A DNA stretch of 25,023 nt from positions 1 through 25,023 of the IMG/VR virus record IMGVR_UViG_3300046468_000217. The stretch is one strand, 5' to 3'. Made by a program: the position numbers and the translations under genes. The stretch is from a virus (lineage: Duplodnaviria; Caudoviricetes). The notes under the pieces were generated by a model. That model worked only from the letters and a program-made list of their open reading frames with translations, ran no database searches and had not been told where the DNA came from. Positions 17,353 through 25,023 of this stretch are shown here, piece by piece. Each line of letters opens with the position of its first letter. Position 1 is the first letter of the stretch.

Positions 17353-17793
17353 ATGAACTTCGACATATTCAAAATGAAATTCCTTGAGTGGACTGAGAAT
17401 GTTATTGAAAAGAAAAAAGACGATGGTTTTGCTATCTGTCCGTTTGCCAAAAAGGCACGTCTAGACAATAAAATACAGTTCATTGATTGTACAACAGCTA
17501 CTAGTGAGTTACTTGCATTTGACAAAGAAAAATACGAAATAGGTATTGCTTGGTTGGGTGATTCAGTAAACATGGACATCATTGATGAAGTTCTAGAGCT
17601 TTATAAAGCAGAAAACCCGGACCTATTATACTTTACAAGTACAACAGATTCAGGCTACTTTGCTAAGAACTTTACTAATTGTGTGTTTATTCAACTAAGG
17701 GGTGATATAGATAATCGAAGGCAACAGTTACATAAAACCAAATACTATGACAGTTGGCCAGAGCATTACTATAAAATAATAACCGGACACTAA
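17353..17793 (+). CDS. Hypothetical protein, DUF1415-like
   Basis: W..NVIE......AICPFAKKA N-terminal motif resembles the CPFA motif of DUF1415 proteins. Confidence 0.55.
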   Translation: MNFDIFKMKFLEWTENVIEKKKDDGFAICPFAKKARLDNKIQFIDCTTATSELLAFDKEKYEIGIAWLGDSVNMDIIDEVLELYKAENPDLLYFTSTTDSGYFAKNFTNCVFIQLRGDIDNRRQQLHKTKYYDSWPEHYYKIITGH

Positions 17794-18007
17794 CTGCGTT
17801 TATTCATTTCCTCTGTACGCTTATTCATTCTCTCGATCAACATCTGAACAGCCGGCAAAGGCATAGTCATGATTTCATGATAACCAACGGCACCACCACT
17901 ATATAATATTATGTCTATGTAGCTTTCTTCAACGGCTTTTCTTTGCTCGTCATAGCGTTCTACAATTTGTTGTATCTCCAACGGCTGACTAGTGGATATC
18001 AACCTAC
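17790..18007 (-). CDS. Small baseplate-hub/tail assembly ORF (gp51-like), possibly reached by -1 frameshift
   Basis: Helical ORF with SGGAVGYHEIMTMP motif in the -1 frame overlapping the end of the gp26-like gene. No convincing own RBS/start; the track start 18047 lies inside the upstream gene. Confidence 0.55.
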
Positions 18008-18835
18008 GAAAAAATTTGACACATCCAGTTCTACTTCTTGTGTCCATTCATTAGCACATTCAATACACTTGGCTTTGAACTTTGTATCCATGCCATCATC
18101 ACTTAATGCTTCAATTCTATCTTTGATTGCATCGTGATCTTTCTTACTGATATTTTGTAACCACTCCCGAATCATATCTTTGTCTACAATAACATCTGAA
18201 CTGTCGGGTGCTTGTACACTTGTGATACAACTTGTGATAACATCAACTGTTAGCGTAGCAAGTTCAACAAAAGTTTCTCCAAACATTTTGGACTTTGTGT
18301 TGTCATCAGCTTCACTGGCAATTAGGCTATCAACCATCTTTTGTCTTTTGATGTTTTGTATCTGCATGAGAGTTCTGTCATCAATTGTATAGGGTCTAAC
18401 AATTATTTTAAAGTTACTTTCCAGTCTTACTTCTGTATCAAACTCAACTTCTTTAATTTGTGATAGTAGTTGATCACTATCAATTGTCAATTGATTAAGG
18501 TGTTTACATTTTGGGCATTCAAGATCTACGTCAAACTTGTTACCATACGTTGCTTGTCTAATAGCAATTAATAGCACAAGTAGATCGTTAACTGGAATCT
18601 GTCTGGGATTTTGTATATCCGGACAGCATGATTCGAGTAGTGCAACATTGGCTTCTCCGTTAAACAACGCATCAGGCGTTTTTGTTAACAGTTCGTCTCT
18701 GGCACTCATAGGATACACGGCTAGTTCATTATCAACACTTAATTTTGGCTTTGGATCGTACCATTTTGCCCCTGAAGGCAATGATACAAACACAGCAGGC
18801 TTTTTATATGCCTGGATTAGAGGATTTTCTGACAT
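17999..18835 (-). CDS. gp26: Baseplate hub assembly protein, T4 gp26-like
   Basis: NPL..Y....V.LPS.., M.ARDE...KTPDAL.NG, D...LLIAIR.A.YG, CPKC and CIEC motifs, terminal NFF; RBS GGAG and TATAAATA upstream. Confidence 0.72.
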   Translation of the reverse strand: MSENPLIQAYKKPAVFVSLPSGAKWYDPKPKLSVDNELAVYPMSARDELLTKTPDALFNGEANVALLESCCPDIQNPRQIPVNDLLVLLIAIRQATYGNKFDVDLECPKCKHLNQLTIDSDQLLSQIKEVEFDTEVRLESNFKIIVRPYTIDDRTLMQIQNIKRQKMVDSLIASEADDNTKSKMFGETFVELATLTVDVITSCITSVQAPDSSDVIVDKDMIREWLQNISKKDHDAIKDRIEALSDDGMDTKFKAKCIECANEWTQEVELDVSNFFVG

Positions 18836-18850
18836 CTGGTGTTTTCTCCG

Positions 18851-18897
18851 AATAAATACTTATGTATAAAGCGTCAATAGTATTTATACATTAAATA
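18851..18897. promoter_or_regulatory. Divergent late promoter cluster
   Basis: Plus AATAAATA 18851-58, minus TATAAATA 18881-88 (exact T4 late consensus) and plus ATTAAATA 18890-97 within a 73-bp divergent gap. Confidence 0.65.
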
Positions 18898-18908
18898 GGT
18901 AGTTAATT

Positions 18909-21002
18909 ATGGATATAGGACAAATTGCTAGTATATTTTCTTCTTTGCCCAGCTGGGTTTCAGAAGATACTATGCAAGGTATATTGAGAAGTCAACGGGG
19001 TAACGTTGATGCCAATATAGCCAAGATCAATAAGATTTCTGCTAAATGGGGTTTAGATCCTATTGAACAACAAGTCGATAATATTATTGACAACAAACAA
19101 AAAGGTATGCAGGCTACTAAACGTATGTCTGCACAGACTAGATCCGCAGTAAATGATCTAATGCGAGAAAACGATCCTATTCAGGGTTTGGGTGCTGGTA
19201 TTAGTTTAGTTGGTGGTGCTCTTGGTAATGTCGGAAAAGGAGTTGACTTTCTAACAGGCAACAAATTAGGTAAATTTGCCAAGAAGGCAGTGGGTAAAGA
19301 TTTATTGAAAGCAGGAAACAAAGGGCTAGGTGCTCTGGCAGGAGTCGCCGGATTTACTGCTGGTACAAGTGCTTTCATAATGAGTTTGGAACGAGATATT
19401 CGTGCAATGGTTGAAATGAGTGTATTCACTAATACAGCTGAAATGCAATATATTAAAGAAGCTGCCAATGGTGTTGGTATGAGTATGGTGGAAGCCACAA
19501 AGATGTTACAAGGCAGTAGTGCAATGGTAGCCTATGTCGGAGACGGTGATGTAGCATCAGGTACACTAAAGTTTTTAAAGTTTGCAAGTAAAATAGAAAA
19601 AATGAACACCGAAGGTAAAGGTGGTGTTAGTGACTTTGGATTGGGTGTAGATCAACTTGCACAACGAATGGCACAGGAAACAGCATTGTTATATGATCTA
19701 AATGAATTGACAGAAACAGACTTAACTGCCAAGGGACAAGCATATAAAAACTTTGAAACAATGGAAGGTATGATGACCTATATGGCAGACTGGACCGGCG
19801 TTAGAAAGAGTGAATTACTTGACCAGGGTATGCAAGCTGATGCAATGATAGATTATAGAATGGCTCTAAAACAAAACAAAGCACATTTGGAAGAGGCCTA
19901 TGGTGAAGGCACTATGATGGCAGTCAATAATGGCAGAAGAAGATTAGCAATGCAACTAGCAATGGTTCCAGAACTACAAACAGAATTATTGAGAGCTGTT
20001 GACAAAACAGTAAACGATATACAATATAATGGAGGCGATTCAGTAATCTCCTTTAACCAAGAATTTTTAGATAAGATGAATGTCCTGGATCCAAACTTAG
20101 CAAACAGAATGACAAAACTTGTTAGTGATATAAGCACAGGACAATTTAAAGATGATCCAATACAACAGGATATAGAAGTTAAGAGACTATTAAACGATAT
20201 CAGTAATGCAAAAACTGTAGATGGTCCTGGAGCAATGTTTAAAGAAGTTAACTCATTAATTGCTACAACTAACCTAGTTCCTAATCTTGATATGTCAGAT
20301 GCTGAACAAAGAGAAAAAGCGGCAAGTGTAAAAGAGAAAGCTGAACAAGGCGATGTAATGGTTGATTCAGTAGACAATACTCGTAAGGCACTACGTCAAG
20401 GTGTTACTGCTCTTGCGCCGTCAACGGAAACAGTAGTTAATTTATTTGGTGACTTGACAGGCGGTGTGCAACTATTTGGTAAAGCAGTATCCTATATTCC
20501 AGGATTTGAACAGATGCAAAGTGTTCTGGGAGAAGATGCAATTGGAAAGTATCGTGTTGATCCAAGTACAACATATGGTCCACAGATGAGTGATTTTGTT
20601 GATCCTCCTACAGTACCAAAACGAAAAAGACAAAGACGTAGAGGTGATAGGTCAGGCGTAACAGGACCTAAAGTAGTTGTACCAGTTACTGGTACTGATC
20701 CAAAAGAAGAAAATACTTTCCTTGGAAATATATGGGATAAAATTACAGGAAAGTCTGATGAGAAAGAAGAAGCTCGAATAGCAGGATTAGAGACACCAGT
20801 TCTAACAGCAAAACTTGAAGAAGTCAAGAAGAAAATTGCAGAACTAGAGGTATTAAAGAAATCAGCTAAAAATCGTAAAACACGTGGTGACTTTAATAGA
20901 AAATTACAATCTCATGAAAGAGCAATGGCTAGAATATTGGCTGACATAGAAGCAAAGACAAAACAATCAACACTCTCGGAGACAGTAGAAAATGGCAAGT
21001 AG
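18909..21002 (+). CDS. Tape-measure-like protein 1
   Basis: 697 aa, helical, Ala/Gly/Met-rich, with a hydrophobic Gly/Ala stretch; next to the gp26-like gene; shares motifs with the following ORF. Confidence 0.55.
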   Translation: MDIGQIASIFSSLPSWVSEDTMQGILRSQRGNVDANIAKINKISAKWGLDPIEQQVDNIIDNKQKGMQATKRMSAQTRSAVNDLMRENDPIQGLGAGISLVGGALGNVGKGVDFLTGNKLGKFAKKAVGKDLLKAGNKGLGALAGVAGFTAGTSAFIMSLERDIRAMVEMSVFTNTAEMQYIKEAANGVGMSMVEATKMLQGSSAMVAYVGDGDVASGTLKFLKFASKIEKMNTEGKGGVSDFGLGVDQLAQRMAQETALLYDLNELTETDLTAKGQAYKNFETMEGMMTYMADWTGVRKSELLDQGMQADAMIDYRMALKQNKAHLEEAYGEGTMMAVNNGRRRLAMQLAMVPELQTELLRAVDKTVNDIQYNGGDSVISFNQEFLDKMNVLDPNLANRMTKLVSDISTGQFKDDPIQQDIEVKRLLNDISNAKTVDGPGAMFKEVNSLIATTNLVPNLDMSDAEQREKAASVKEKAEQGDVMVDSVDNTRKALRQGVTALAPSTETVVNLFGDLTGGVQLFGKAVSYIPGFEQMQSVLGEDAIGKYRVDPSTTYGPQMSDFVDPPTVPKRKRQRRRGDRSGVTGPKVVVPVTGTDPKEENTFLGNIWDKITGKSDEKEEARIAGLETPVLTAKLEEVKKKIAELEVLKKSAKNRKTRGDFNRKLQSHERAMARILADIEAKTKQSTLSETVENGK

Positions 21003-23130
21003 TTATAATATAAATTTACCTGACGGATCAAGTCTACCAGTTCCAGCCTGGGCAACAGAACAAACGCTACAATCGGTAGCACAGATGCTGAATAAGAACA
21101 ACTTATCAGTAGATATTATCACTGATCTAATGCAAGAAAATAATATGGACGTGGGTGATGTTGCGGCCAAGATGCAACAACTAGCTGATGTAGATAAAGC
21201 AGAACTTCAACAAAGACTTTCAGAAGCAAAGAAACAAGGCAAGAACTTCGGCGCCAAACTAACAGGTGTATTGGACAAGTTTAACAATACAGAAAAACCA
21301 CTGAGCAGTTTAGTTGACATGGCTACTGGATTAGGAAAAGAGATAAAAGAAGGTTCAAGTAGTTTTGGTAAAGATAAAGAAAAAATAAGTAAAGGCTCTA
21401 GTGTAATGAGTAGTGTCATGGCCAAGCTGGGCAAGGGCATGGGAGTAGCAGGTGATATTGCTGTTGTATATGCTGGTTTCATGGCAGGTAAAGCAGAAGA
21501 ATTTGCCAAAGCACAACAGAATATGATTGACAGTGGTGCTATCTTCTTTGAAAATGCGGCGGCCTTTAATGCACTACAAACACAGGCAAGAGATGCAGGT
21601 ATTGGTTATGAGAAGTTTACAACTATTGTGGGTAATTTCGGAAGTGCAATGGTTGGATTAGGTGGCAACGTTAGTAATGGTGCTGTAGAGTTTGCCGTTC
21701 TAGCAGAAAAACTAAATGATGCAAGTGACCAGTTCGGAGACTTTGGTATGACAAGTGAAAACCTAGCAGAAGGTTTTGCTGAGTTTATTGAAACACAACG
21801 TATGGCTGGAAATATAGATAGAACACAAGTAGGATACGGAGACAAGTTAGTCAAAGCATATCAAGAACTATTAATTGAAACAGGTTCATATGCAAGTGCT
21901 ACAGCGTTCACAAGAAAACAGATGTTAGAATCATATACAGAGGCTATGAGTGCTCCAGTATTTGCAGGTACAATGAAAATACTGGACAAACTTGGAGAGA
22001 CTGGTACTAAAGAAGCGGCTCAACAAATACAAACACAATTAACACTACTCAACAAAGCCGGCGTTACAGATATAGCAGGACCGTTACTTGGTGCTTTTGA
22101 ACAAGCATTAAGTTCATCAACAGGTGATTTACAAAGTTTTGATATTACTAGTTATCTAGCAGAAAATGGTGGTGAACAATTAATTGCAACACTTGATAAT
22201 GTAAACTCTACCCTACTAACTGATATCAATACAGCAATCCGTAATGGAGAAAAGATATCTGGAGATATGTTGCAGGACTTGGTTGCGGCATATGAAACTG
22301 TTAAGCCTGGAATGGTTATTCCTGCTGGTGCAACAGATGGCCTAATGGGTTATATGAAACGAACTCAAAACCAAATGGAAGAGTTCCGTTTAAAAACTAA
22401 AGCAGTATCTGAGATGTCAGAAGAAGAACGTGCAGGTCTTAAAGACAAACATAAGAAAGATTTAGAAGGTGCAGGAAAGTTAACTAAAGTAATGAACGAT
22501 GTTACTGAAGGATACCTAAAGGCAATGGATGCTCTAACACTTCCAATGGACACCTTTGGTACAGTTCTAGATGGAATAACAACTGGAATGCAAAAGGTCA
22601 CTGGTAATATGGTTGAAGGCCTAAGTACAGAGGGTAAAGGTTTTATGCCTGGATATGAAGGATACCATAAAGAAGGTGCTGCGATGCGTGGTGAGAACGC
22701 ACTAGGCAAGGCACGAAAAATAATGATTGACGGAAAGCCAAATGGATTGAGATCCGGAGGTCCTATCGGAGCAGGATCCATGGCTCTTGTGGGAGAAGAA
22801 GGTCCGGAAATATTACAAATGGGTGATATGGGAGGAATGATCTTCCCTAACAGTACATTAAATAATCTGGTTGACATGTATAAAGAAAGCATGTATAATG
22901 GAGATAATAAAGCTATGGTATCTCCTAATAGTAATGATCCGACTCAATTGAGTGCAGACACACTAACGCAGGGTTATGGTGATGGCGGTTACGGTGAAGA
23001 AGACACAGAGCTACAGGATATTCTAAGGATGAAAGAAGAAACAGTAAAAACTCTTAGAAGCCTGGACGGTGTATTAGCCGGTATGTTTGCTCTAAGCGAA
23101 CAGCGAACCGTTGCTTCTGAGATGTCTTAA
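20992..23130 (+). CDS. Tape-measure-like protein 2
   Basis: 712 aa helical protein; C-terminal GGPI..G..ALVGEEGPEIL....G.I.PN motif typical of tape measure proteins. Confidence 0.68.
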   Translation: MASSYNINLPDGSSLPVPAWATEQTLQSVAQMLNKNNLSVDIITDLMQENNMDVGDVAAKMQQLADVDKAELQQRLSEAKKQGKNFGAKLTGVLDKFNNTEKPLSSLVDMATGLGKEIKEGSSSFGKDKEKISKGSSVMSSVMAKLGKGMGVAGDIAVVYAGFMAGKAEEFAKAQQNMIDSGAIFFENAAAFNALQTQARDAGIGYEKFTTIVGNFGSAMVGLGGNVSNGAVEFAVLAEKLNDASDQFGDFGMTSENLAEGFAEFIETQRMAGNIDRTQVGYGDKLVKAYQELLIETGSYASATAFTRKQMLESYTEAMSAPVFAGTMKILDKLGETGTKEAAQQIQTQLTLLNKAGVTDIAGPLLGAFEQALSSSTGDLQSFDITSYLAENGGEQLIATLDNVNSTLLTDINTAIRNGEKISGDMLQDLVAAYETVKPGMVIPAGATDGLMGYMKRTQNQMEEFRLKTKAVSEMSEEERAGLKDKHKKDLEGAGKLTKVMNDVTEGYLKAMDALTLPMDTFGTVLDGITTGMQKVTGNMVEGLSTEGKGFMPGYEGYHKEGAAMRGENALGKARKIMIDGKPNGLRSGGPIGAGSMALVGEEGPEILQMGDMGGMIFPNSTLNNLVDMYKESMYNGDNKAMVSPNSNDPTQLSADTLTQGYGDGGYGEEDTELQDILRMKEETVKTLRSLDGVLAGMFALSEQRTVASEMS

Positions 23131-23140
23131 TTAAATTATA

Positions 23141-23157
23141 GCTAAATACATTAAATA
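23141..23157 (+). promoter_or_regulatory. Putative late promoter(s) for the portal gene
   Basis: GCTAAATA 23141-48 and ATTAAATA 23150-57, then AAAGG and ATG 23171. Confidence 0.62.
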
Positions 23158-23170
23158 AAAGGTTACACAA

Positions 23171-24832
23171 ATGAGTTGGAAGAAACATTTTACGAGATAT
23201 GATGGCGATGCGAAAGCTGGCCAAACGAAAGCGAATCGTTGGCAGAGCTGGCTACCTGAAGTATACTCCGGTATGCCCAATCGTACAGAACGTTATGTTC
23301 AGTATGATCAGATGGATCAAGACAGTGAAATTAATGCGGCACTAGATACTATTGCTGAATTTAGTACACAAAAAGAAACAAAGAATTTACTTCCATTTGA
23401 AATTAACTATAAAGATGAAGCAACAGAATCAGAAGTTAATGCATTAGAAACAGGAATGAAGCAGTGGTGTAATATCAATGACATGGAAAGACGTGTATTT
23501 GGTATGTTCAGAGCGGCCATTAAATATGGTGATCAGTTCTTTATTCGTGATCCAGAAACATACAAACTAATATGGGTTGATCCTAGTGATGTTAGTAAAG
23601 CAATTGTTAATGAAAGTAATGGTAAAGAAATTGATCAGTATATCATTAAAAACGTTGCACTAAACTTACAAGACATGGTAGCAGTTGACACAAAGAAGAC
23701 TGCCAATGTTGCACAAAAAGGACAGACAACAAGTTATACAACTCCACCAAATACCAATGCAGGTGTTTATCATGGCAACTACAACAGTAGTAATACTGAA
23801 TATGCAGTTGATGCCAGTAACGTTATACATATTGCACTAACAGATGGTATGAGTGCTAACTGGCCCTTTGGAACAAGTATTCTTGAAAGTGTATTTAAAG
23901 TATACAAGCAAAAAGAATTACTAGAAGATTCAATTATCATTTATAGAGTACAACGTGCTCCAGAACGTAGAGTGTTTTATATTGATGTTGGTAACATGCC
24001 GGCACATAAAGCAATGAGTTTTGTTGAGCGTGTTAAAAACGAAGTACATCAAACTCGTATACCTAACAAGACAGGTGGCGGAACAAATGTAATGGATGCG
24101 GCATATAACCCGTTATCAATTATGGAAGATTACTTCTTTGCTCAGACAGCAGAAGGACGTGGTTCCAAAGTTGATGTTCTACAGGGTGGTGATAACTTAG
24201 GCGAGATTGATGACCTAAAGTACTTTAATAATAAACTTATGCGAGGCTTAAGAGTACCAAGTAGTTACCTACCAACAGGTGGCGAAGATGGAACGGCAGC
24301 ATATAATGATGGTAGAGTTGGAACAGCTCTAATCCAAGAATTTAGATTCAGCAAGTACTGTGAAAGAATTCAAGCAATTCTACAAACCTCACTTGATACT
24401 GAATTTAAACTTTTCCTCAGACACAGAGGAATTGAAATACCAAGTAGTTTATTTGATCTACAATTTACTGAGCCACAGAGCTTTAGTCAATATAGAGACA
24501 TTGAACTAGAATCCCAACGAGCTACACTATTCTCACAGATTGAAGGTGTTGGTTACTTGAGTCGTAGATTCTTAATGAAGAAGTATCTAGGCCTAACTGA
24601 AGATGAGCTAGTTGAAAATGAACGTATGTGGAGAGACGAAAACGATATTAAGTCAGAAGCAGAAATAGACTCTAAAGGAGATCTTGGAAGTCTAGGACTA
24701 CGTTCAGGTGATGTTGAAGGATTTGAACCTACTGATGTCGATGCAGAAGTAGATGATATTGATGGTGATGTACCAGGCGTAGATGATTCTTCTGAATCTC
24801 CTATACCAGGAGATCCTCCGGAGGAAAACTAA
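23171..24832 (+). CDS. gp20: Portal vertex protein, T4 gp20-like
   Basis: LLEDSIIIYRVQRAPERRVFYIDVGNMP..KA, EDYFF....GRGS.V..L.GG.NLGEIDD..YF..KL..GLRVP.S motifs; acidic tail. Confidence 0.96.
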   Translation: MSWKKHFTRYDGDAKAGQTKANRWQSWLPEVYSGMPNRTERYVQYDQMDQDSEINAALDTIAEFSTQKETKNLLPFEINYKDEATESEVNALETGMKQWCNINDMERRVFGMFRAAIKYGDQFFIRDPETYKLIWVDPSDVSKAIVNESNGKEIDQYIIKNVALNLQDMVAVDTKKTANVAQKGQTTSYTTPPNTNAGVYHGNYNSSNTEYAVDASNVIHIALTDGMSANWPFGTSILESVFKVYKQKELLEDSIIIYRVQRAPERRVFYIDVGNMPAHKAMSFVERVKNEVHQTRIPNKTGGGTNVMDAAYNPLSIMEDYFFAQTAEGRGSKVDVLQGGDNLGEIDDLKYFNNKLMRGLRVPSSYLPTGGEDGTAAYNDGRVGTALIQEFRFSKYCERIQAILQTSLDTEFKLFLRHRGIEIPSSLFDLQFTEPQSFSQYRDIELESQRATLFSQIEGVGYLSRRFLMKKYLGLTEDELVENERMWRDENDIKSEAEIDSKGDLGSLGLRSGDVEGFEPTDVDAEVDDIDGDVPGVDDSSESPIPGDPPEEN

Positions 24833-24833
24833 T

Positions 24834-25023
24834 ATGAGATTTGGTGAATTAGCACAATCGGCTGAAGATGATGAGCATAATAAATGGGATATCGATGATA
24901 CTCGACGCCCTAGACTTACATTAAGACAACTTAATAAGATGCGTGGCATGAGAGAAATCGCAAAGGCAGAGCATATTGAACAGGTTGATCAGTTTAAAAC
25001 AATGTACGGTGCAACTGCTCCTG
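24834..25023 (+). CDS. Small hypothetical head-region protein (partial)
   Basis: ATG 1 nt after the portal stop with GGAGG upstream; MRFGELAQSAEDDEHNKWDIDDTRRPRLTLRQLNKMRGMREIAKAEHIEQVDQFKTMYGATAP, open to the window end. Confidence 0.75.
   Translation, partial: MRFGELAQSAEDDEHNKWDIDDTRRPRLTLRQLNKMRGMREIAKAEHIEQVDQFKTMYGATAP

Noticed and set aside
17190-17582. 130-aa minus-strand ORF
   Set aside because: Antisense to ORF 17353 and runs through a low-complexity AT tract.
1-25023. Stop-codon reassignment, tRNA genes, CRISPR arrays, transposases or integrases
   Set aside because: Core genes are full length in the standard code with TAA, TAG and TGA all used as stops. No cloverleaf, repeat-spacer array or recombinase motif was seen by eye.

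Overview
A 25 kb, AT-rich, gene-dense fragment of a large T4-related myophage (contractile-tail dsDNA phage), read in the standard genetic code. 1-11142 (minus strand) is a late baseplate operon: a partial large wedge protein, gp6-like, gp25-like, an inserted HNH nuclease, a degenerate lysozyme, gp5-like spike, hub, gp53/LysM-like, tube-initiator-like and an HxGH nucleotidyltransferase. 11233-16884 (plus strand), behind a near-consensus sigma70 promoter, holds the gp55-like late sigma factor, gp47/gp46 (Mre11/Rad50-like), three accessory genes and a stand-alone GIY-YIG nuclease. Next is the only long non-coding gap (16885-17352), then a DUF1415-like gene, a minus-strand gp26-like/gp51-like pair, two tandem tape-measure-like paralogs, the gp20 portal and a partial ORF. 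T4-type late promoter motifs (TATAAATA and xxTAAATA variants) precede the structural genes. Two observations stand out. (1) A ~310-nt multi-hairpin, G-U-rich, end-closed structured RNA candidate lies directly behind the GIY-YIG gene and is followed by an AT-rich tract and twin CCGTA(A)GG hairpins; it could be an RNA-partnered nuclease or an RNA-primed origin. (2) A candidate programmed -1 frameshift (AAATTTTTTC plus a hairpin/pseudoknot) would fuse the gp26-like and gp51-like ORFs in the manner of lambda G/GT chaperones. All family calls come from motif recognition by eye; no searches or folding programs were run.
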